Source: Candidatus Limnocylindrales bacterium
GTDB lineage: Bacteria; Chloroflexota; Limnocylindria; Limnocylindrales; CSP1-4
Reading direction: 5' to 3'
DNA length: 52,445 nucleotides
Assembly (NCBI GenBank): GCA_039925225.1
Contig: JBDSZH010000050.1
Coordinates: 1 to 52,445, forward strand
The notes under the pieces are model-generated. The model was given only the letters and a program-made list of their open reading frames with translations. It was not told the DNA's origin and made no database searches. Positions 8,951-17,519 of the stretch are shown here, one piece after another; positions within the stretch are counted from its first letter, which is position 1; each line of letters begins with the position of its first letter. The position numbers and the translations under genes were made by a program.

Positions 8951-9697
8951 ATGTTGAGCGGCGGCGGTTGGAGGGGCGGCCCCGGGGCCCCGCGCATCCT
9001 CATCGTCGACGACGACCCGAACCTGCTCGTGCTCCTCGCCGATCAACTGCGCGCCGATGGCTTCGAGATCCAGACGGCGCGGGACGGGGAAGAGGCACTC
9101 AGGCGCCTCGACGGCGGCTGGCCGGATCTGCTGATCGTGGACATGATGATGGCCCGCATGGACGGCCTCACCCTCGCCCGAGAGGTCAAGGCACGCGCCG
9201 ACCTGCCGATCATCGTCCTTTCGGCAATCGACACCGCCGACTCCAAAGCCGACCTCCTCGAGGAGGTCGCCGAGGACTACGTCACCAAGCCGTACCACTA
9301 CCCGGAACTGCGGGCCCGGATCATGCGGGTCATGCGCCGGCTCGGCGACAAGGTGCCGCGGCGCGAGCTCGTGCTGGGTCCGGACCTCTCGCTGGAGCTG
9401 CGCCGCAAGTCGGCGACCGTAAAAGGCGAGGTCGTGCAGCTGACGCCCACCGAATCGCGCTTGCTCTATGCGCTCGCCGCGAACCTCGGCAACACCGTGA
9501 GCACGGAGACGCTGCTCGATCGGGGCTGGGGCGATACGGACGACGCGGATCCGTCATACGTCTGGGTGACGATGCGCCGGCTGCGCCAAAAGATCGAGCC
9601 GGACCCGGACCACCCGATCCACCTGGTCACGGTTCGCGGGGTCGGCTACCGGCTCGTCTCCCGGGCCGCACCCGAGCCGGTCGGCGAGGCTGGGTGA
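8951..9697 (+). CDS. OmpR-family response regulator
   Basis: Receiver domain ('RILIVDDDPN', 'DLLIVDMMMARMDG', 'YVTKPY') plus a winged-helix output ('TVRGVGYRL'). Confidence 0.85.
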   Translation: MLSGGGWRGGPGAPRILIVDDDPNLLVLLADQLRADGFEIQTARDGEEALRRLDGGWPDLLIVDMMMARMDGLTLAREVKARADLPIIVLSAIDTADSKADLLEEVAEDYVTKPYHYPELRARIMRVMRRLGDKVPRRELVLGPDLSLELRRKSATVKGEVVQLTPTESRLLYALAANLGNTVSTETLLDRGWGDTDDADPSYVWVTMRRLRQKIEPDPDHPIHLVTVRGVGYRLVSRAAPEPVGEAG

Positions 9698-11157
9698 GCG
9701 AATCGAGCCGTCGCCCGCCCGAGCGACCGGGCCCTCGGCCGGAACCGGTGCGAATCGGGTCCGCGATGTCGTTTCGCGCCCGGCTGACCCGGGGCCTGGT
9801 GATCGGCTCGGTGCTGCCCCTGGCGCTCTTTGGGCTCGTCCTGATCGGCACGGAGATCGCGCGGACCGGCGTCGTCGACTCGACGCTCGTCCGAGTCGTG
9901 GTGTTCGTGCTGGCCGCGGCGATCATCATCACCGTCCTGTTCGCGTACTTCCTCGCAGGCAACCTCACCGCGCCTCTGCGAGCGGTGTCCCGGGCGGTCG
10001 AGCGCACGTCGGCGGGCGACCTTTCCGTCCGCGTCGAGGTCGCCGGTGAGGACGAGCTGGCCCGCCTCGTCGAGAGTCACAATCGCCTTGCGAGCGACCT
10101 GGAGCGTCGCAACGAGGAGCTGGGCCGGATCCTCCTGGCGATCGGCGAGACGTCGCCGCAGGACGGGCTGGATCGGCTGGTCGCGCACTCGACGAGAAGC
10201 GCGAAGGACGCCTTCAGGCTGATCGATGCCCGGATCGTCCTCGGCGACCCGACGATGGTGCCGGAAGAGGAGGACATCCCCGGCGAGTCGCGACCGGTTC
10301 GCGCCGTCCTCGCGTTGCCGGACGAGCGCGTCGGCGTGCTGGTGGGCCACCTTGCTGCGACGCGCCGCTGGGACGCCGCCGATCAGGACCTGCTGGAGCT
10401 GTACGCGAGCGAGGTTGCGGTCGCGATCAGGAACCTCGAGCTGTTCGACCAGGTGGAGCGGCAGCGCGTCCGGCTGGTCGAGCTCGATGCCGCCAAGGAC
10501 GAGTTCCTCCGCGGCATCAGCCACAACCTCCAGACCCCGCTGACGAGCATCCGCGCCTACGCGGAGCAGATGGGCACGGAGCGGCCGGACCCCCGGCTGT
10601 CGATCATCGTCGAGCAGTCCGATCGGCTGTACCGGATCGTCCGCCAGCTCGTCTCCGTGTCCCGGCTTGAGGCGGGCACCCTGCGCTCGAAGACGGAGGT
10701 CCTCGCGCTGGCGCCGCGGGTCCGCCGCGCCTGGGATGCGCTCGGGGTCGCCGGCGTGCCGTTCGAGCTCCGGGACGACGCGGCTGGCTGGCTGGCGATC
10801 GCCGATCCCGACCAGCTGGATCAGGTGCTCTGGGCGCTGCTCGACAACTCGGCGCGGTACGCCGGGGGAGCGCCGATTCGCACCTCCGTGGCGCCCCGGC
10901 CCTCCGAGGGCCTGCTCGCAGTGACCATCGCGGACAGCGGACTCGGCGTGAAGCCGGAGGACCGCGAGCGGATCTTCGAGCGCTACGAGCGCGGCGCCGC
11001 GGGCGCCGGGGTGGAGGGCACCGGCCTGGGGTTGTACGTCTCGCGTCAGCTGTGCCGGGCCATGGGCGGCGACCTGGTCCTGGAGCCGGCTGGCCCCGAA
11101 CCCGGTGCTGCATTCACGGTCCTGCTGCCCGCGGAGCCTCCCGCGACCGAGACCTGA
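9694..11157 (+). CDS. Sensor histidine kinase (TM-HAMP-GAF-like-HisKA-HATPase)
   Basis: H-box 'FLRGISHNLQTPLTSI', N/G boxes 'LLDNSARY' and 'GTGLGLYVSRQL', and a HAMP-like 'LTAPLRAVSRAVERTSAGDLS'. GTG 9694 overlaps the regulator stop (GTGA); ATG 9766 ('MSFRARL') is an alternative start. The ORF-track start 8617 is an artefact. Confidence 0.8.
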   Translation: MSESSRRPPERPGPRPEPVRIGSAMSFRARLTRGLVIGSVLPLALFGLVLIGTEIARTGVVDSTLVRVVVFVLAAAIIITVLFAYFLAGNLTAPLRAVSRAVERTSAGDLSVRVEVAGEDELARLVESHNRLASDLERRNEELGRILLAIGETSPQDGLDRLVAHSTRSAKDAFRLIDARIVLGDPTMVPEEEDIPGESRPVRAVLALPDERVGVLVGHLAATRRWDAADQDLLELYASEVAVAIRNLELFDQVERQRVRLVELDAAKDEFLRGISHNLQTPLTSIRAYAEQMGTERPDPRLSIIVEQSDRLYRIVRQLVSVSRLEAGTLRSKTEVLALAPRVRRAWDALGVAGVPFELRDDAAGWLAIADPDQLDQVLWALLDNSARYAGGAPIRTSVAPRPSEGLLAVTIADSGLGVKPEDRERIFERYERGAAGAGVEGTGLGLYVSRQLCRAMGGDLVLEPAGPEPGAAFTVLLPAEPPATET

Positions 11158-11288
11158 CAAGCCCACAGCGGGCCTGACGCGAGAAGCGCGTGGGCCGATA
11201 GTCCCAGTCGGCCAGTACGAAGGGCCGGTGCACGACAGAACCACTGGCAAGGTCACGAGAAAGGTCGCCTGCGAAGACTTGGGGTTGG

Positions 11289-12155
11289 ATGTTCACGACC
11301 CCTGCAACCCCGATCGATCATGCCCCGGATGCCCCCGCGACGGCCCCGGATGCGGCGCCCAAGCGACGCCCCAGGAGTCGCGGGCAGAGCCTCGCCGAGT
11401 TCGCATTGACGGTGCCATTCGCCCTGTTCATGGTCCTGTTCGGACTCGACTTCGGGCGCGTCTTCCTCGGCTGGGTCGCCCTCAGCAACGCTGCCCGCGA
11501 GGCGTCGAACTACGCGGCCATGAACCCGACTGCGTGGACCCTGCCCTACAACCTGGCCGTCCAGGCCGAGTACACGCGGCTCGTGCAGACGGAGGCGTCC
11601 AGCATCAACTGCATCCTCGAGTCGCCGATCCCCCCGCCGACCTTCCCGTCCGGCACGAGCATTGGTGCCCCGGCGAACGCCAAGCTGACCTGCCAGTTCG
11701 GCCTGATCACGCCGTTCATCAGCCTCATCCTGGGCAACACGATCCCGGTCTCATCCTCGTCCGCGTTCCCAGTCCGGAGCGGCACGATCGAGGGCATTCC
11801 CGTCGAGACGCTGGTCCCGTCGCCCACTGCCGGCTCGACGGCGAGCGCAGCACCGACGGCGAGCGCAACACCGACGGCGAGCCCGGGGCCAAGTTCGTCT
11901 GTCAATCCGAGCGCCTCGCCGACCGCGACGCCGGCACCAACGCCGACCGCGACGCCGGCGACGTGCACGGTGGTCAGCCTCCTGAACATCCAGACGAACA
12001 AGGCGGCCGCGAAGTGGATCGACGCGGGCTTCAGCGGGAGCGTGATCTTCACGCCGCTCGTCCCGCCGAACTACAAGATCCTGTGGCAGAGCCTGACCGT
12101 TGGCACCACCCAGTCGTGCAGCAGCGGTATCAACGTGCGGAGCCGCGCGCCATGA
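11289..12155 (+). CDS. TadE-like pseudopilin-family protein with a Pro/Thr/Ala/Ser linker and a PASTA-like C-terminal module
   Basis: 'RGQSLAEFALTVPFALFMVLFGLDFGRVF' is the TadE-like N-terminal hydrophobic segment. A low-complexity linker covers aa ~178-225. A C-terminal ~60-aa module is bracketed by two Cys ('CTVVSLLNIQTNKAAAKWIDAGFSGSV...SC'). Confidence 0.65.
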   Translation: MFTTPATPIDHAPDAPATAPDAAPKRRPRSRGQSLAEFALTVPFALFMVLFGLDFGRVFLGWVALSNAAREASNYAAMNPTAWTLPYNLAVQAEYTRLVQTEASSINCILESPIPPPTFPSGTSIGAPANAKLTCQFGLITPFISLILGNTIPVSSSSAFPVRSGTIEGIPVETLVPSPTAGSTASAAPTASATPTASPGPSSSVNPSASPTATPAPTPTATPATCTVVSLLNIQTNKAAAKWIDAGFSGSVIFTPLVPPNYKILWQSLTVGTTQSCSSGINVRSRAP

Positions 12156-12646
12156 CGCGCCCGTCGCGGGGTCGATCCGGCCGTTCGGCCGGGCAGAGCC
12201 TGGTCGAGTTCGCACTGATCTTCCCGCTCATCCTGCTGCTCGTCGTCGGCTTCGTGGAGGTGGGCCGGGCGGTCTTCGCCTACAACACGATCGCCAACGC
12301 CGCTCGGCAGGCCGCGCGCGTCGCCATCGTGAACCAACTTGGCGACGTGACCGACTGCGACGAGACACGGCCGGTCGACGATCCGTACGAGCCGCACTGG
12401 TCCCTCCGCGGCTGCGCAATCGCGGCGGCGAGCACGCTCGGCATCACCGCTGCCAACGTGAGCGTGTCCTACGCACCGCCGCCGTCCACGACTCTCGGCT
12501 GTTACCCGACGCTCCATGTCGGCTGCATCGCCTCGGTGACCGTCACCTATGACTTCAAGGTCTCGACGCCGTTCGTGAACATGCTCATCGGCCCGTTCAC
12601 CATGCGCCAGACCTCGGAGATGCCAATCGAGAGGGTCTTCCCATGA
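12152..12646 (+). CDS. TadE-like pseudopilin-family protein
   Basis: 'GQSLVEFALIFPLILLLVVGFVEVGRAVFAYNTIANAARQAARVA'. ATGA overlaps with both neighbouring genes. The start was taken inside the long ORF 11105..12646. Confidence 0.75.
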   Translation: MTRPSRGRSGRSAGQSLVEFALIFPLILLLVVGFVEVGRAVFAYNTIANAARQAARVAIVNQLGDVTDCDETRPVDDPYEPHWSLRGCAIAAASTLGITAANVSVSYAPPPSTTLGCYPTLHVGCIASVTVTYDFKVSTPFVNMLIGPFTMRQTSEMPIERVFP

Positions 12647-13953
12647 TCAACCGGTGGCGATCCCGCGGGTGTGATCCGGAGGCCGGCCAGGCGATCGTCG
12701 TGATGATCGGAGCGATCCTGCTGTCCGTCGCGTTGGTCGCCACGATCGTTGACGGCGGGAACGTACTCGCCCAGCAGCGCGTGACACAGAACGGCGCCGA
12801 CGCTACCGCCGAGGCGGGCGCGGTGCTGCTCGCTGAGCGGCTGGCAGGCGCTAAAGAGCCGTCCGGCGGCTGGGACCTGAACATCGCGGGGCGCCTCGCG
12901 CAGACGGCCGCAGCCAACAACATGACGGTCGACGCCGCGTACTACACGGACATCTGCGGAATTCCTTTGCAGGACGACGGCACCGCCGCCACCAACGGTG
13001 ACGAGACCGAGGATCTCTCGGTTGCGCTGCAGGTCGGGAACGGCTCGCACGTCCTGCCCGGCGGCACCGCGACCGCCCCAGACTGCCCGAACAGGCTCGT
13101 TGGCCCGGTGGCGGGTGTCCTCGTCATCGGCCGCAAGCGGGTTGCCGCGTATGTCGCGGGCGCGATCGGAATCAAGGAGTTCCAGATCACGACACGTGCC
13201 ACCGCCGTCGCGGGCTACCTGCAGGGGTATTGCGACGCCACCGAAGGCAAGTACTGCGCGCTCCTGCCCGTCGCCTTCCCGGTGAACATCATCAAGTGCA
13301 ACGGCAGCAACAAGCCGATCGATACCGGGACGCCGTGGACATACAACGTCGTCTACAAGATCCCGCTCTGCCAGAGCAGCCCGGGCAATGTCGGCTATCT
13401 GGACTGGGATCCACCGGCCGGCGGCATCGGTGAGGTGGTCTGCTCCATCCTCACCGCGGACAACCCCGCGATCGACCTGCCGTCGTGGCAGTACGTCACC
13501 GCAACCGGCAACAGCAACGGCGGCGGCGGGGCCTGCGGCATGAGCATTGAGGAGGCACTCCGCACCTACGAAGGCGAAGTCGTCCTCGCACCCCAATTCG
13601 ATCTCACCTGCAACCCGGGTCAAAACGCCACACCGAACAGCTCGTCGCCGGCCGTGATCACGGCGCCGAACTATGGCTGCCCCGCCGGGGACCTGGGCGG
13701 GAACGGGTCGAACCAGTGGTACCGGATGCCGAGCTTCGCGTTCCTGGAGCTGTGCGGCCCCGCGGTCGCCGGCTGCGGTGGACTCCACGCGGCGTACATC
13801 TCGGGCAACAACTCGGCCATCTGCGACACGGGCAACGGCGCGACGTCATGCCTGATCGCGAAGTTCAAGCACATCATGGCGACCGGCACCGTCGGAGCGG
13901 GCGTGGGCTCCGGGACCGGGAGCAAGGCCGTCGGGGTCCAGCTCATCAAGTAG
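12643..13953 (+). CDS. TadG-like (Tad_N-type) secreted, cysteine-rich protein
   Basis: 'GQAIVVMIGAILLSVALVATIVDGGNVLAQQRVTQNGADATAEAGA' matches the TadG/Tad_N N-terminus. There are about 18 Cys along the mature part. Confidence 0.7.
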   Translation: MINRWRSRGCDPEAGQAIVVMIGAILLSVALVATIVDGGNVLAQQRVTQNGADATAEAGAVLLAERLAGAKEPSGGWDLNIAGRLAQTAAANNMTVDAAYYTDICGIPLQDDGTAATNGDETEDLSVALQVGNGSHVLPGGTATAPDCPNRLVGPVAGVLVIGRKRVAAYVAGAIGIKEFQITTRATAVAGYLQGYCDATEGKYCALLPVAFPVNIIKCNGSNKPIDTGTPWTYNVVYKIPLCQSSPGNVGYLDWDPPAGGIGEVVCSILTADNPAIDLPSWQYVTATGNSNGGGGACGMSIEEALRTYEGEVVLAPQFDLTCNPGQNATPNSSSPAVITAPNYGCPAGDLGGNGSNQWYRMPSFAFLELCGPAVAGCGGLHAAYISGNNSAICDTGNGATSCLIAKFKHIMATGTVGAGVGSGTGSKAVGVQLIK

Positions 13954-13970
13954 GACCTGCGGCGGTCGGT

Positions 13971-14414
13971 TTACGCCGGCAAGTCCGACGCGAGCGGATC
14001 ACCGGTCTCGGTCACGAGGGAGAGGGCGCCATCGCCCTTGACCTCGTACGTCCAGACGTGGCGGTTGATGCAGCCTGCCGGGCAATCGCCCCAGCCAACG
14101 GTCATGACGATCGTGAAACCGCCACCGGCGAGCGGAGTCGCGACCCACCACTTCGACGCCCCGATGAGGTCCACGCTGAGCTCGACCGCGCCCGCAAACA
14201 GCGGGTTCGACGCGATCACCAGCGCCGCAGCCGCAGCTGGTGTTGCGACCGACGCGGCGATGGGTGTGGGGGTGGGCTTGGCCGATGGTGCCGGGCTGGC
14301 GGATGGCGCCGCGGCGCCGCCGCACGCGGCGAGGATGGCTGCGCCCAGAAGCCCCGTGAGGAGAGGTGCGACTTGGTTCTGCGATTGGTTCGTCATGGGC
14401 CGTGTGACGGGCAT
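13971..14414 (-). CDS. Small lipoprotein, unknown function (CxxxC motif)
   Basis: Lipobox 'ILAACGG', an Ala/Pro linker, and 'WGDCPAGCINRHVWTYEV' in the C-terminal part. Confidence 0.55.
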   Translation of the reverse strand: MPVTRPMTNQSQNQVAPLLTGLLGAAILAACGGAAAPSASPAPSAKPTPTPIAASVATPAAAAALVIASNPLFAGAVELSVDLIGASKWWVATPLAGGGFTIVMTVGWGDCPAGCINRHVWTYEVKGDGALSLVTETGDPLASDLPA

Positions 14415-14465
14415 CGGCCCCGCGCGGTTCCCGCGAGCTACGTTCGAGGAGCCCGAGCTGGGCCG

Positions 14466-15059
14466 CTAGGGCAGGCCCGGGATCGGGAAGCCCGGAAGGC
14501 CACCGGGGATCGTCGTCGGGACGATCGAGCTGATGTCCTTCGGGAGCAGAGGGCCGAGCAGGAGCAGGACGATCGGGACCGTCGTGTCCTCGAGGAGTTT
14601 GCCGATCGTCGACTCGTCGACCGCCGTCCGGAGGTCCTTCAGGATGCCCAGGTCCGGGAGCCCGCCGAGGGCGGTCGAGTCCGAGTACGTGTGCAGGATC
14701 ACGATCCCTGCCGAGATGATCAGGACCGCCTCAAGTCCGCCGAAGACGACGCCCAGGACCTTGTCCGTCATCTGGCTAAGGCCACGCGTCGCGACCCGCG
14801 ACAGGATCTTGGACGAGAACAGGTTGAAGACGATCAGGAGGACGCTGAACGCGACCGCGTAGCCGACCATGTCGGCGTATTGCTCGGGGATCTTCGGGAA
14901 CACGGCATTGACCACCGCGCCCGCCGGCGCCCGCAGGTACGCGCCGGCCACGAACGAGATCCCCAGGAAGGCGAGGCCGGCGAGGCGCCTCAGGAAGCCG
15001 CTCCGAAACCCGCCGAAAACCGATGCCCCGATGAACCCGAGCAATGCCAGATCTGCCAC
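14466..15059 (-). CDS. CvpA-family membrane protein
   Basis: 'DLALLGFIGASVFGGFRSGFLRRLAGLAFLGISFVAG' followed by further TM segments. GTG 15059 was chosen; the upstream part of ORF 14466..15251 looks non-coding. Confidence 0.65.
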   Translation of the reverse strand: MADLALLGFIGASVFGGFRSGFLRRLAGLAFLGISFVAGAYLRAPAGAVVNAVFPKIPEQYADMVGYAVAFSVLLIVFNLFSSKILSRVATRGLSQMTDKVLGVVFGGLEAVLIISAGIVILHTYSDSTALGGLPDLGILKDLRTAVDESTIGKLLEDTTVPIVLLLLGPLLPKDISSIVPTTIPGGLPGFPIPGLP

Positions 15060-15310
15060 GCGCCAACGATACGGGGCCGGGCGGGCGATTACGAGGCCTT
15101 CCGGGCTGCCCCGGAGGCAACCCCTTACCCGCGGCCGGTCCACGACAACACGCGTGACGGCCCGGCGGGAACACCCTCCCAAGAAATCGGACGTGGCGGA
15201 TCGGGCGTAGCCGGTCAGATAGGGCGAGGTGCCGCTGTCCGCGGCCGACACCGGAATCTGAGTTCGCCTCGCGTCACGGTCGGGTCACCATGTGACGCCA
15301 TGCTGCGCGA

Positions 15311-16546
15311 ATGCTCGTCCTTGTGTCCTTCGCCTTCATCGCCGGCGTCGTTTCGATCCTCGCGCCGTGCACGCTGCCCGTGGTGCCCCTCGTCATGGGG
15401 GCCGGGGCGGGCGGCGGATCGCGGCGACCGGTGGGGATCGTGGTCGGACTCGCGATCAGCTTCGTCGCCGTCACGATCATCCTGGCCTCGATCCTGGCGG
15501 CGCTCGGGATCTCGACCGCGGGCCTTCGGGTGGTCGCAGTCATCGCTCTTGGGTCGATCGGCCTGACCCTTGCCTGGCCGTGGTTCGCGCGTCGAGTGGA
15601 TGCGACATTCCGGCCCGTCGCCCAGCTCGGGGTCCGGCTCGCCGGCGGCCAATCGAGAAATGGATTTCGATCAGGGGTCGCGATGGGTGCGGCGATTGGG
15701 CTCGTATGGGCGCCCTGCGTCGGCCCGATCATGGCGGGCACCATCGCGGTGGCCGCGACCCGAGGGCCGTCGCTGGAGACCGCCCTCGTCGCCCTGGCCT
15801 ACGTGGCTGGGGCGGCCCTGCCGCTGCTCGCCGTGGCTCGCCTGGGCCGTCGGTTCGTGGACCGCGTCGGTGGGCTCGCGGCCGACATGAAACCGAGACG
15901 AGCGCTCGGCTCGCTGACTGTCGTGGCGGCATTGCTGATTGCCACCGGCCTCGACGCTCGCGTCCAGTCCGCCGTGACCGCCGTGCTCCCCGCCGAGTGG
16001 AGTGCGGTCCTCTATAGCGTCGAACGACAGCCGATCATCCAGCAGGAGGTACGGGCATTGGACAAGAGTGCGCCCACCGCGTCAGGTCCCGCCGACGTCT
16101 CGCTCGGCCAGTACGGCCAGGCTCCCGAGTTCGAGGGCATCACCGCCTGGATCAACACCGAGCCGCTGACGATCAGCGGGCTTCGCGGCCGCGTCGTGCT
16201 TGTCCACTTCTGGACCTTTGGATGCATCAACTGCCAGAACGTCCAGCCATACGTGAAGGCGTGGTATGGCCGCTACGCGGCCCAGGGTTTCGAGGTCATC
16301 GGCGTCCACACGCCCGAGCTTTCCTTCGAGAAGGACATCGCCAACGTCCGCGAGGCCGTCATCGACAAGGGCGTGACGTTCCCGGTTGCCTTCGACCCAA
16401 ACTTCCGGACCTGGAACGCCTACGCGAACAGCTACTGGCCGGCGATGTACTTCATCGACAAGGCCGGCAGGATTCGCTACGCCCACGTCGGCGAGGGCGC
16501 CTACGCCGAGCAGGAACAGGTGATCCGCCAGCTCCTTGCCGAGTAG
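15311..16546 (+). CDS. dipZ: CcdA/DsbD-type thiol:disulfide transporter fused to a thioredoxin-like domain (DipZ-like)
   Basis: N-terminal 'FIAGVVSILAPCTLPVVP' and a second TM Cys 'WAPCVGP'. The C-terminal redoxin domain has 'FWTFGCINCQNVQP' (CxxC). Confidence 0.85.
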   Translation: MLVLVSFAFIAGVVSILAPCTLPVVPLVMGAGAGGGSRRPVGIVVGLAISFVAVTIILASILAALGISTAGLRVVAVIALGSIGLTLAWPWFARRVDATFRPVAQLGVRLAGGQSRNGFRSGVAMGAAIGLVWAPCVGPIMAGTIAVAATRGPSLETALVALAYVAGAALPLLAVARLGRRFVDRVGGLAADMKPRRALGSLTVVAALLIATGLDARVQSAVTAVLPAEWSAVLYSVERQPIIQQEVRALDKSAPTASGPADVSLGQYGQAPEFEGITAWINTEPLTISGLRGRVVLVHFWTFGCINCQNVQPYVKAWYGRYAAQGFEVIGVHTPELSFEKDIANVREAVIDKGVTFPVAFDPNFRTWNAYANSYWPAMYFIDKAGRIRYAHVGEGAYAEQEQVIRQLLAE

Positions 16547-16643
16547 ATCGGGCGAGGCGCCCGTTGGCCGAGCGGTCGGTCGTCCGGCCGTCACCTTGTG
16601 TCGCCACGCCCGCGGTCATTCGGCCCCGACAAAGGAGACCCAG

Positions 16644-17129
16644 ATGCCCGCCATTGATCGCAAGATCGTTCCAACCCGGTTGGCCGTGACCGCCGCGGCG
16701 TTCCTCGCGATCGTGCTCGCGGCCTGTGGCCAGGGAGCCGCCGCCACGTCGGCGCCGTCCGCCGCCGCGGCGACGATGGCCACCGGGATCATGAGCCGAG
16801 CCAACTTCCATGACGTGGACGGCACCGCGACCGGCGAGGCCCAGCTCTTCGAGACACCGACAGGCGGCTACGAAGTAATCCTCGAGAACTTCTCGATCGC
16901 TTCGATCGCCCACACGAATGTCGTCCTCGTTGCGAACCTGGACGTCACCGCGACCGGCGACGTCGATAAGTTGAAGCTCCTCGATCTCGGCCCGCTCAAG
17001 AGCACGACCGGGATGCAGGACTTACCGATCCCGGCGCAGATGGCTGCGTCCGTCATGGACGGCTACCACACGGTCCTGATCTGGGACACCGAGATGGCCC
17101 ATGCGATCGCTGCGGCGCCACTGAAGTGA
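16644..17129 (+). CDS. Lipoprotein with a DM13-like domain
   Basis: RBS 'aaaggag' 6 nt upstream and lipobox 'VLAACGQ'. 'FHDVDGTATGEAQLFETPTGGYEVILENFS' resembles DM13 domains. This family call rests on pattern memory only. Confidence 0.5.
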   Translation: MPAIDRKIVPTRLAVTAAAFLAIVLAACGQGAAATSAPSAAAATMATGIMSRANFHDVDGTATGEAQLFETPTGGYEVILENFSIASIAHTNVVLVANLDVTATGDVDKLKLLDLGPLKSTTGMQDLPIPAQMAASVMDGYHTVLIWDTEMAHAIAAAPLK

Positions 17130-17263
17130 TCTGCTGGCCGGCGGTCGTTGTCCCATGGTTCGCTGCCCGAGCCCGAGGTCGGGCTTGAGCGAAAAGGTTG
17201 CGCGATCCGGTTGATGTTGCCGCCGTCGCCGGACGCTCGGCTGATCCGCGCAGGGCCTTGACC

Positions 17264-17269
17264 TATACT
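17264..17269 (+). promoter_or_regulatory. -10-like hexamer TATACT upstream of tRNA-Thr
   Basis: 'ccttgaccTATACTcccgggccggG'. The tRNA 5' end is 10 nt downstream. Confidence 0.35.
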
Positions 17270-17279
17270 CCCGGGCCGG

Positions 17280-17354
17280 GCCGACATAGCTCAGCGGTAG
17301 AGCAGCTGTTTCGTAAACAGCAGGTCCTCGGTTCAAATCCGAGTGTCGGCTCCA
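17280..17354 (+). tRNA. tRNA-Thr (anticodon CGU), CCA encoded
   Basis: Cloverleaf folded by hand: acceptor GCCGACA/TGTCGGC, D stem GCTC/GAGC, anticodon stem GCTGT/ACAGC with loop TTCGTAA, T stem CTCGG/CCGAG with loop TTCAAAT, discriminator T, then CCA. Confidence 0.9.
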
Positions 17355-17367
17355 GCTCCCCTCTTTC

Positions 17368-17412
17368 GTGCTCAGGTAGAGCAGCTATCTGCAATCAGCA
17401 CGGTCTTCGTCG
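17368..17412 (+). other. Degenerate tRNA-like fragment (D-arm-like 'gctcaggtagagcagct')
   Basis: 17370-17386 matches the tRNA-Thr D-arm region 17289-17307 except for a 2-nt gap. No acceptor stem or T-arm can be formed. Confidence 0.3.
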
Positions 17413-17519
17413 GGCGCGAGGACCTACTAGCCGGCGAAGGCCTGCTAACTGGACCGTTTCGAGGTTTCGATGCAGCCCCCTTGCCTTCGGACCACTACGG
17501 GACGTTGGTGGCTTCGGAG

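Noticed and set aside
8617-9693. N-terminal 359 codons of the 846-aa ORF that ends as the histidine kinase.
   Set aside because: This part overlaps the glycosylase and response-regulator genes in other frames and reads as Arg/Pro-rich nonsense. The kinase begins at the GTGA-coupled GTG 9694 or at ATG 9766.
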